Source: Patescibacteria group bacterium
Lineage (GTDB): Bacteria; Patescibacteriota; Patescibacteriia; Patescibacteriales; UBA12465
Direction of reading: 5' to 3'
NCBI GenBank assembly: GCA_041656935.1
Contig: JBBACQ010000006.1
Coordinates: forward strand, 1-62,720
Length of the DNA stretch: 62,720 nt
Shown: positions 1-9,000 of the stretch, one piece after another
Position numbering within the stretch: the first letter of the stretch is position 1
How the letters are laid out: each line of letters opens with the position of its first letter
Notes under the pieces: generated by a model
Database searches by the model: none
What the model was told of the DNA's origin: nothing
What the model saw: only the letters and a program-made list of their open reading frames with translations
Program-made: the position numbers and the translations under genes

Positions 1-105
1 ATCGAGGATTGGCTTAATCCAACGATATTTTTCTTCTTGTGTGTTTTTTGGCATAGTTTTCATATGCCCCCAGTTTAGCATAAAAGTGCAATATGTATAT
101 GCACA
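1..105 (-). mobile_element. Left end of a probable IS481-family element with the 5' part of its transposase (runs off the window)
   Basis: Minus-strand ATG at 63 (or 54) opens MKTMPKNTQEEKYRWIKPILD..., which resembles the N-termini of Parcubacteria IS481/integrase-core transposases (recalled). The minus strand from 105 reads TGTGCATATACATATTGCAC, and IS481 ends begin with TGT. Only 18-21 codons are visible. Confidence 0.5.
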
Positions 106-118
106 TTACCTAAATACC

Positions 119-147
119 TTGACAAAGATGAACAATTATTATATAAT
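119..147 (+). promoter_or_regulatory. Consensus sigma70 promoter for the 175..402 ORF
   Basis: TTGACA (119-124), 17-bp spacer, TATAAT (142-147); exact consensus, 27 nt before the ATG. Confidence 0.8.
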
Positions 148-174
148 AGAAAGATAAACTTTTAAAAATTAAAT

Positions 175-402
175 ATGATATGGTCAGAAGCGAAAGCCCA
201 ACCTTCTGGAGGTGGTCCTCCTGGAGGAGATAATCCAGCTTGTAAGGGCCCTAATCCACCTTGGTGGTGCCCGAAACAAGTCTCTCTCGGAGGGAAAGGC
301 GAAATGGTGATGTTAATCACTCTAGTTTTGCTCTTTGCCGTAATCCGAAGTCTCTGGACTAAAATTAAAAAGAAAAAAAATGAAAACTATAAAAGCAGAT
401 AA
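175..402 (+). CDS. Small Pro/Gly-rich protein with a Cys pair, C-terminal TM helix and Lys tail
   Basis: 75 aa: GGGPPGG..C......WWC, hydrophobic MVMLITLVLLFAVI, then KIKKKK. Flanked by a perfect promoter and a terminator. Confidence 0.7.
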   Translation: MIWSEAKAQPSGGGPPGGDNPACKGPNPPWWCPKQVSLGGKGEMVMLITLVLLFAVIRSLWTKIKKKKNENYKSR

Positions 403-416
403 ACAATCTGCTTTTT
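391..416. terminator. Bidirectional intrinsic terminator between the small ORF and mnmA
   Basis: AAAAGCAGAT (391-400) / ATCTGCTTTT (406-415), 10-bp inverted repeat with A- and T-tracts on either side. Confidence 0.7.
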
Positions 417-462
417 AAATTTTTCTGGGTTTTCTCTATTATTAAAAATTATTTATAAAGAT

Positions 463-1560
463 CTATTGAATAATTCCTCCTCCCAAAACTTCGTCGTTAA
501 GATAAAAAACAGCACTTTGACCAGGAGTAATAGCTCGTTGTTTTCTAAAAAAATTAACTTCGGCTATATTATTTTTTTTATCATAACTAACCGAACACTT
601 AACGGCCTTATGTCTATATCTGATTACCACTTCTATTTTTATCGGAAATTTTAATTTATCTTGATTAAGCCAATTAATGTTCTTAACTTTCATTTCACTA
701 CAATACAAAACCGGATCATTGAAATTTTTCACCACATTTAAAATGTTTTTTTGATAATCAAACTTAGCTACATAATAGGGCCCATTACCACCAATTTCAA
801 TCCCCCGTCTTTGCCCAATAGTATATAAAGCCAAACCCTGATGTTGACCAATAATCTCACCACTAGACAATAATTTTATATCACCTGATTTTAATTTTAA
901 ATGTTTCTTTAAAAAATCATTATGTCTTTTCCCAGGAATAAAACAAATCTCTTGGCTATCGCTCTTAGAAGCTACTAGCAATCCGGCTCTTTTAGCTATT
1001 TTTCTAACCTCTGGCTTTTTTAAACTGCCCAAGGGTAATAATAATTTAGACAATTCTTTTTGATTTAATGAATATAAAAAATAAGACTGATCCTTTTTCT
1101 TATCAAGACCTCTAAACATTTTCGTCTCTTTCCCGTCTTTTTCAACCCGAGCATAATGCCCCGTAGCTACATAATCAAACCCTAAAGATTCAGCGTATTT
1201 TATCAATCCCCCAATTTTTATTTTCTTATTACAAACGACACACGGATTAGGTGTATTTCCAATAGAATATTCATCTAAAAAATTATCAACCACCGCTTCC
1301 TTAAATTTTTTAGAAAAATCAAAGGTATAAAAAGGCACCCCTAAAGCTAAACAAACATTTTTGGCATCCATTTGAGCCTGAAGAGAACAACATTTATTTT
1401 CATTTTCTTTCTCTCCACCCTCTCGCCAAAAATTTAAAAAAATTCCACTAACTTGGTATCCTTGATCAGATAAAATTTTAACCGCTACCGCCGAATCAAC
1501 TCCGCCAGAAACAGCCACTAAAACTTTTATGGGTTTCTTTTTTTTATCTTTCTTAATCAT
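463..1560 (-). CDS. mnmA: tRNA 2-thiouridine(34) synthase MnmA
   Basis: SGGVDS PP-loop, NPCVVCN, ATGHYA, KDQSYFL, DSQEICF, YTIGQRRG, TPGQSAVFY. Confidence 0.97.
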   Translation of the reverse strand: MIKKDKKKKPIKVLVAVSGGVDSAVAVKILSDQGYQVSGIFLNFWREGGEKENENKCCSLQAQMDAKNVCLALGVPFYTFDFSKKFKEAVVDNFLDEYSIGNTPNPCVVCNKKIKIGGLIKYAESLGFDYVATGHYARVEKDGKETKMFRGLDKKKDQSYFLYSLNQKELSKLLLPLGSLKKPEVRKIAKRAGLLVASKSDSQEICFIPGKRHNDFLKKHLKLKSGDIKLLSSGEIIGQHQGLALYTIGQRRGIEIGGNGPYYVAKFDYQKNILNVVKNFNDPVLYCSEMKVKNINWLNQDKLKFPIKIEVVIRYRHKAVKCSVSYDKKNNIAEVNFFRKQRAITPGQSAVFYLNDEVLGGGIIQ

Positions 1561-1643
1561 AAAAAATAATCTAAATTTTCTCTTTATAGCCTAATATTTA
1601 AAAAACGAAATTTACTAAACAATTTAAATTCTTCTAGAAAATA

Positions 1644-2771
1644 TTAAATTGACCTAAAAATATTTAAATATTCTTCGGCCGTTTTTTCCCAAGAAAAATT
1701 ACTCACCCTCTTAAAACCTTTTTCAATTATTTTATTTCTTAAATTTTGGTCTTTCCAGAGCGAAGACATGGCTTCGGCTATCTCTAAGGGTTTATTAGGA
1801 TTTATCAGGATTGAAGCGTCGCCTAAAACTTCAGCTAAGCTGGAGACATTAGATCCAATAACTGGGACCCCAAAATACATAGCCTCTAGCGGTGGAAAAC
1901 CAAAGCCCTCGTAAAAAGAAGGATAAACGAAAATTTTAGCCTTCTTATACAAACAGGGCTTTAATTTATGGTCAATATAGGAAATAAACCTGATATCTGC
2001 TTTATATTTTGATTTTTGCCAAATCTCTTTAATTTCTCCTGTTTTCCAGCCCCAAGCTCCAGCTAAAACCAATAAGCAATCGTTCCCCTTATCTCTAAAT
2101 ATATTATAAGCCGAAATTAATCCCGCAATATTCTTTCGTGGTTCAATAGTACCTAAATATAAAATGTAATCTCGATCAATTTTATATTTACTCTTTAAAT
2201 AATCAAGATTAAAAACATAATTATCAGAATTTAAATCAGAAAAGTCTGGTAAGCCCGGATAAATTACCTCCACCTTATCTTCGGGGACATCTAAAAGCTC
2301 CAAAATATCATTTTTAGTATTCTGAGAAACAGCAATAATTTTATCCATTTTTTGGATATTTTTTTTAATATTTAATGACCAATGCCAAAAATTCTTTCTC
2401 CAACTAAAAAATTCTGGATAACGCAAAAAGGATAAATCATGGATGGTAATAACCTTTTTGGTTTTTTTAGAAAAAGAACTAAAATTAATATGAGGCGAAT
2501 AGAAAACATCACAACCTCCTATCACTTTATCTAATTTAGGATAATTTAATACTTTTTGCAAAAAATAATTGAAAATTTTATTAGGATAACGACTTTTTAT
2601 CGTTTTAACCGGAAAGTTAGGAACTGGGACAGATTTAAAAGAATTATAAAAAAAAGAATAAGCATTGTGCTTATCTATTTTTAAAATATTCTTTAATAAA
2701 TAATAAGTAAAACTAGCTACACCACTATAGTTTTTATCTAATAAAACCCTAATATCTACTCCGATTTTCAT
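1644..2771 (-). CDS. Glycosyltransferase family 4 (GT-B)
   Basis: TIHDLSF, GTIEPRKN, PSFYEGFGFPPLEAM motifs. Confidence 0.92.
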   Translation of the reverse strand: MKIGVDIRVLLDKNYSGVASFTYYLLKNILKIDKHNAYSFFYNSFKSVPVPNFPVKTIKSRYPNKIFNYFLQKVLNYPKLDKVIGGCDVFYSPHINFSSFSKKTKKVITIHDLSFLRYPEFFSWRKNFWHWSLNIKKNIQKMDKIIAVSQNTKNDILELLDVPEDKVEVIYPGLPDFSDLNSDNYVFNLDYLKSKYKIDRDYILYLGTIEPRKNIAGLISAYNIFRDKGNDCLLVLAGAWGWKTGEIKEIWQKSKYKADIRFISYIDHKLKPCLYKKAKIFVYPSFYEGFGFPPLEAMYFGVPVIGSNVSSLAEVLGDASILINPNKPLEIAEAMSSLWKDQNLRNKIIEKGFKRVSNFSWEKTAEEYLNIFRSI

Positions 2772-2782
2772 AATAATTTAGA

Positions 2783-3910
2783 TTAAGCTTTGTCTTTAGT
2801 ATAAACACTGTCAACGAAATCCTTAATGTTTTTTTGAAAATTAGAAGAGGAAAACTTCTTAGCGTGTTCCCTAATTTTATAACTATCCCAAACCTTTTTA
2901 TTATCTTTAATGTCTGTATAAAACTTTTGTACAACTGCTACAATCCCCTCGGCATTTTGCTCCTCAAAAAACACTCCGGTTTCATTTTCTATTATTGTTT
3001 CCAAAGCTCCTCCCTTTTTATAGGCAATTACCGGACGACCTGAAGCCATAGCCTCTACCTTAGAAATACCAAAATCCTCTTCCTGCGGGTTTATAAAGGC
3101 TAAGCATTTACTAAATAAACTAGCCTTATTTTCATCACTAATTCGACCTAAAAATTCAATGTTTTTACAATTGCCAGCTATTTTTTTCAATCTTTTAAGA
3201 TCAACTCCATCACCAAAAACTTTTAGCTTATAGTTCTCCCCCATTTTTTTAAAGGCCTCCACCACAATATCAACCCTCTTATAAGGGGCCAAACGACAAC
3301 CAATCAAAAAGTAATCTCCAACCTCTTTAGCTATAAAAAACTTATCAATTTCTACTGGAGGATAAATCACCACCGAATCTCTTTGATAATACTTTTTAAT
3401 TCTGTTTTTAACAGTTTCTGAATTGGCAATAAAATAATCAACTCGATCAGCTGCCAAGCGATCCCAAATTCTAATACGACTTAAAATTAAAGAGGCTATT
3501 TTTTTTATTAATCTATTATACTTTAATTCATTTATATATTGATGAGTGTCGCTCCATAAATAACGAGTTGGAGTATGGCAGTAACAAATATGAACGGTTT
3601 CTGGCAGAGTTATAACTCCCTTAGCAAAAGAACTGGTGTCAGATAAAACTAAATCATAATTTCTTAAATCAAAGAATTCTACGGCCATCGGCATAAAAGG
3701 TAGATACCATTGATAAAACCGAACTCCCCCCGGCATCTTTTGGATAATAGAGGTGTCTATTCGACGATTAGGATAGCGCTGAGCTACATTTTTCTTATCA
3801 TAAAGCAAAGTATAGATAGGCGCCTGAGGAAACATCTTAGTAAAAACCTCCAAAACCTTTTCGGCTCCACCATCTTGAGCTAAATGATCATGAATTAAAG
3901 CAACTTTCAT
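2783..3910 (-). CDS. Glycosyltransferase family 4
   Basis: Likely start MKVALIHDHL at 3910 (ORF track starts at 3940); GGAEKV, YCHTPTRYLW, EDFGISKVEAMASGRPVIA. Confidence 0.92.
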   Translation of the reverse strand: MKVALIHDHLAQDGGAEKVLEVFTKMFPQAPIYTLLYDKKNVAQRYPNRRIDTSIIQKMPGGVRFYQWYLPFMPMAVEFFDLRNYDLVLSDTSSFAKGVITLPETVHICYCHTPTRYLWSDTHQYINELKYNRLIKKIASLILSRIRIWDRLAADRVDYFIANSETVKNRIKKYYQRDSVVIYPPVEIDKFFIAKEVGDYFLIGCRLAPYKRVDIVVEAFKKMGENYKLKVFGDGVDLKRLKKIAGNCKNIEFLGRISDENKASLFSKCLAFINPQEEDFGISKVEAMASGRPVIAYKKGGALETIIENETGVFFEEQNAEGIVAVVQKFYTDIKDNKKVWDSYKIREHAKKFSSSNFQKNIKDFVDSVYTKDKA

Positions 3911-3989
3911 ATTATTATTAAAATACTTAAAACAGCTCAATTTCCACTAACTTCTTAAGTATCTAAAATATTTTAAATATTATTTTTTC

Positions 3990-5429
3990 TTATTCCACTT
4001 TTCTGTTTCTAAACACCGCCAAGGGAGTTCGAAGCAGAATTGATAAATCTAAAAGCAAAGACCAGTTTTCAATATAATAAACATCTAATTTAACCTCTTC
4101 TTCAAATAATAAATCGCTCCGGCCAGAAACTTGCGCTAAACCAGTTATCCCCGGTTTAACGGTTAAGGTTTTCTTATGATGTTGTTCATATTTAGCCACT
4201 TCTTCAGGCAAATGCGGTCGAGGGCCAACTAAGCTCATTCGACCAATAAAGACCAAAAACAGCTCCGGAAGCTCATCAATGCTCCAACGTCTAATAAATC
4301 TACCTACTCGAGTAACTCTGGGATCATCTTCAATTTTAACCATCGGACCATCTTTCCGAATATTCTTATCAGATAACTCATTATAACGCATGCTATCAGT
4401 TCCTGGAATCATGGAACGAAATTTAAAATAACGAAAAGGTTCTCCGCCCTGACCAACTCGAAAAACAAAAGACCCATCATCCCTCCGAGTAAAAAAGACC
4501 GGACCATGGGAATCAATTTTTATTAAAATAATAGTAATAATAATAATTGGCGAAAGGATAATAATAAAAATTCCGGAAAAGAAAATATCAAAAATTCTCT
4601 TAACTATTCTACCCCAACCATCCAAGGTTGTTTTTTTTACTTCAACAATAGGAATACCAGCCATCTCCGAAACCTCTGTTTTTAAAACTTTTACCTCTAA
4701 CAAATCAGCCACGTATTTAAAAGTGATATGATGTTCATTAGCAAAATCGTAAAGTCTTAGAGTCTCAATCTTACTCAAATTGGGATCACTTTGGATAATT
4801 TCATCAACCCGTTCCTCTTTATTTAAATTTTCCTTATTAAAATTAGTGATAAACATGGATAATTCTTTGGCCGTATCGATAGAAAAATCCCTAACTCTTT
4901 TAATCACCTTAAAGCCAGAATATTTTTTATTAAAAAATTCTTTAATCAAATTATCTCCGGTCTTGCTACAACCAACCAAAATAATATTTTTAACTCCAAC
5001 TCCGTAGGAATAAAAAATTTTCTTAATCCAGTAAATTAAAGTCCGACCTAAAGAAACATAAAATATTGCTAAAATCCAAGCGACTAAAACTATAAAACGA
5101 GAACTAAATAATTCTCTTTGAAAAAATATCAAAGCTACTACTAAAACAAACCCAGCCGAACAAGCCAAAAAAACACGATAAATTTCCTGGCTAAGACGAC
5201 GACTAGAGGTTGAATATAGAGCCGAAATGGCAAAAATAATTACCCAGAGAAGGGCTATAAACAAAACTACCTTAAAGTAACTCAAAAACGGTAAATCAAA
5301 TATAATTGGTCTAATCTCGGTAGTGAATTCAGAAAATCTGATAAAATAAGCTGAAATTCCAGCTAAAACTATTAAAGCAAAGTCTAATGGAACTAAAATA
5401 AAAGAAAGGAACAAATCAATCTTCTTCAT
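3990..5429 (-). CDS. Polyprenyl-phosphate phosphoglycosyl transferase (WbaP/WcaJ-like initiating sugar transferase)
   Basis: N-terminal TM helices and a C-terminal Bac_transf domain: KRIFD, FKFRSM, DPRVTRVGRFIRRWSIDELP, SLVGPRP, KPGITGLAQV. Confidence 0.93.
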   Translation of the reverse strand: MKKIDLFLSFILVPLDFALIVLAGISAYFIRFSEFTTEIRPIIFDLPFLSYFKVVLFIALLWVIIFAISALYSTSSRRLSQEIYRVFLACSAGFVLVVALIFFQRELFSSRFIVLVAWILAIFYVSLGRTLIYWIKKIFYSYGVGVKNIILVGCSKTGDNLIKEFFNKKYSGFKVIKRVRDFSIDTAKELSMFITNFNKENLNKEERVDEIIQSDPNLSKIETLRLYDFANEHHITFKYVADLLEVKVLKTEVSEMAGIPIVEVKKTTLDGWGRIVKRIFDIFFSGIFIIILSPIIIITIILIKIDSHGPVFFTRRDDGSFVFRVGQGGEPFRYFKFRSMIPGTDSMRYNELSDKNIRKDGPMVKIEDDPRVTRVGRFIRRWSIDELPELFLVFIGRMSLVGPRPHLPEEVAKYEQHHKKTLTVKPGITGLAQVSGRSDLLFEEEVKLDVYYIENWSLLLDLSILLRTPLAVFRNRKVE

Positions 5430-5511
5430 AAATTAAAATGATTTAATAAATTAACCTTTAACCTCACTACGAGACCAAGGGCTTTATCTTTATTATTTTT
5501 AAAAAAATTAA

Positions 5512-5939
5512 ACCAAAAATAAGCCGGATTCTGTCTAGGGCTAACCGCCCCGAGATGATCATTTATCTAGGCTGGCCATTACTGGTCAGCTCGTGCGAGT
5601 CACTTTTCGTCGTACCCGAAGGTACGGTTTACTCTTGCTCTCTGATAGGGTTTACCGTGCACCTTTGTCACCAAAGGGCAATGCTTGTAGCTTTGAACAC
5701 CAAGCAACTTTTCACCTTTCTCCGCTAGGCGGATAGTATTGTCTCTGTGGCACTTTCCCTACCCCATTATCTCAATCTCCAAAAGAAATCGAAACAACCG
5801 GGCGATGGACGTTATCCATTATCAACCGGACTCATCATTAAATAATCAAAAAAATTACTTAATGATAAGTCCTTTTATGAGAGTCCGGACTTTCCTCTAC
5901 ATTTATTAACAAATAAACATAGTAATCACCTATTTAGCC
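5512..5939 (-). ncRNA. rnpB: RNase P RNA (M1 RNA)
   Basis: Minus strand carries GAGGAAAGTCCGGAC (CR-I), GGGAAAGTGCCACAGA (CR-II), CGGTAAACCC...GAGCAAG, AGATAAATGATC and ACAGAATCCGGCTTA (CR-V). P3, P8, P9, P12, P13, P14 and P18 helices can be drawn. Ends are approximate. Confidence 0.95.
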
Positions 5940-5979
5940 TAATAAAATTACTGTCCCAAAAGACCGTAATTCTAATAAA

Positions 5980-6008
5980 ATAATAACAAAGAAGCCTCTT
6001 TTAGTCAA
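5980..6008 (-). promoter_or_regulatory. sigma70 promoter for rnpB
   Basis: Minus strand: TTGACT (6008-6003), 17-bp spacer, TG-n-TATTAT (5985-5980, extended -10). Confidence 0.65.
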
Positions 6009-6032
6009 CCGAAAAAAGGATTAGAGCTATTA

Positions 6033-9000
6033 TTATTCAATAAATAAGTTTTTTTGGTTTTGATAGATAAATTCAGCTTCAGCTAAATTTAAACCTCCCT
6101 GCCACAATCCTAACTCATCAAAATAATAATCGCCCCCTTGTGCTTGAATATTTAGTTTTTCGATGAAATAACCATCTATCCAAGGTTTTCTAAAATGTCC
6201 TTTCAACTCACCATCAACAAATAAGCTTAAACGAAAAAGATAGGAATCATAAGACAAAACAACATTATGCCAATCTTCATCTTCAATAAAATTTTCGTTC
6301 GATAAGCTGATATTAAAGTCAGAGTTGTTGAAAAGATAAAACCAATCTCTATTACGGAAATCTAAGCCAAACAAATTTTTATCGAAACCAAGTAATTTAA
6401 TCACGAAATCTGAACTTGAAGAAACACTTTTATTCTTAAACCAGAAAGATAAAGACAAATCTTTATGATAAAAATGATTAGAAAATTGATGAGATAAGGT
6501 AATCTCAGAGTCAGGAAAGGCTAAGCAATTATTTTCATCATTAACTTTTTTTAATGAGACAGAAGAGGCATTATTCTTATCCAAATTAAAAAAATCATAA
6601 AAAGTGTCTCCAATAGTTTCATTTAAATTCCAGTAGGCTAATAATTGCTTGTCTTTAATATTAGGCTGACAAGAAGAAGAATTAAAAGGTAAATCTAATT
6701 CGGCTATTCTCTCAATTTCGCTAGAGGATAAAGCTCGATCAAAAACAGCTATTTCGTCTATTAAATTATAGCCATTGTCACCTTTAAATCCGATAGTATC
6801 AACTGAAATAAAGGAAGCTAATTCTAATTCAACCCGATAAACCTCTACTCCGTCTCGATATAATGCCCAATAATTTAAAGGCTTGTTCACCACCCAAGAA
6901 AACAGGTGCCAGTTATCATCATTTGGCCAAACTAAATCGTAATCTCTCGCTGGTGCTCCCGGAATATTATAAAAATCGGTATTGCTGGGATAAAGCTTGA
7001 TTCTAAAACTGCTCCCGGTCTGTGAATTAGAAAATCTAATCATCGGACGAGAATTATTATAAATATTTTTATAATAAAAAAATAAGGTAAAATTATTAGA
7101 ACTAAAAGAAGGATCTAATTCAGCCGTAAAATAATTATCCGGATAATATTGTTTTAATCCGCAACCAAATTTTCCATCATTCCAAAGAGAATCTATAGTA
7201 GAAGTTGTCCCGCTAACTCCGTCAAAAACTTCTGTGCCGGAACATTCATCTAGATGCCAAGAATGAATAATATTATCTGAATAAATACCAGGATCTAAAC
7301 ATAACCCCGCCGAAGGATTAGCCGAGGATGATTCTCCGGAACCATCATCTTCATCGCCAGACTGATTTTCTTCTTCTTGATCCTCTTCCTCTCCGTCTCC
7401 ATTTTCTTCTTCTAAATTATCACCATCGTTCTCTTGATAATTTAAATCTAATAAAACAAAATCTAAACTATTATTCTTAGTATTATAATTATGGCCTAAA
7501 GAATAATGATCCCCGTCATAATTCATAGAAAAAGAGGTGGAGGTGGCTAAGGCTTTTCTAATTAAAACATGATCATCTAATATTTCCGGAGCTGGTGATT
7601 CATAATAATAAACAGCTGAACCAAAACCAACTTTATCGATAATATCTTCATCGCTATCGCTGGAAATAGTGCTTTTGCCTAAATAGACGGTATAACCATT
7701 GCTGGTTAAATTAAAATCATCTCGATTAATAATAGCTTGGGCTTGAGTTTTAATTTCGTCTGAGGCTAAATCGCCCGTAACCAAATATTTACCTAAGGGA
7801 TCTATAATTAATCCTCCTGGATAAGTTCCGTCATCATCATTTCCAATTCTAGCCATTAAAGTAGGAGTTACGCTGGTTTTAGCTTTGTATAACCTCGCAC
7901 CGGCATCTTTTAAATTAATCGCCTTATTATTAGGATTGTAAATTTGAATATAATCATCTTTAGCCGTGGTATAAATTCGACTAATTAAAAGTGGCAATAA
8001 GACCTCTTCTTCTTCGTTGTTGTTGTTAGAAGTATTAGAATCGTTTTCCTGATTATTGGTCTGAGTATCAATAATATTATTAGAAGTTGAATTAGAATTA
8101 GAATTAGAATTAGAATTAGAATCGTTAATAATAGGATTATCAATATTATTGTCTACAGTCGATAAAGAGATTAATAGAAAATCAAAAAAATTATCATCAC
8201 TATCATAAGCGTTCCCCAAATTAAAATCAGTTCCGCCCTCCTTCATTTTGGTAACAGTTGAATCACTCTTAGCTTTTCTAACTAAAACATGGTTGTCTGG
8301 TATTTCTAAAGCTGACCTTTTTTCAAAGTACTTAGCTGAACCGAAACCAACTTTATCAACAATATCTTCGTCGCTATCGCTAGAAATAACACCATTGCCT
8401 AAATAAATAGTATAAGCACTACCAGTAAAGGTAAAACTGCTTTTAACGGCTATGGCCTGAGCCTTATCTTTAATAAGCGGATCGGCCGTAGTTCTAACTA
8501 TTAGATATTTGCCCTTGGCTGGGATAATAACCCCTCCTGGATAAGAACCATCATCTAAATGACCAATACGCATCATTAGAGAAGGGCTGGCGCTAGTTTT
8601 GGTCTTATACAGCCTCACTCCCATTTCTTCTAAATTAATGGCCTGATTCGTGGGATTATATAATTCTATGTAATCATCATTCAGGGTGGTATAAACCCGA
8701 CTAATCACTAATTTTTTAACCAGATCCAAGTTTTTATCGAAAATAATAGCTTCCTCGGATAGTTCTTCTTCGGTACTAAAATTAGATAATTCTAAATCTC
8801 CGTTATTGATTAAAGCTAAATCAGGCGCTAAGGCAGAAGCCTCTTTAATAGAAATAGAGCTTTTTATTTTCCCCAAAACAGCTTGGGACTCTTCGACTAT
8901 ATCAATATTAGAATCAATATTTATTTTTGAAACTCCAGTGATAGAATCACCATCTTCCTCAAGAGAGTTAACACTATAATTATAATCGTCCGACAAATTA

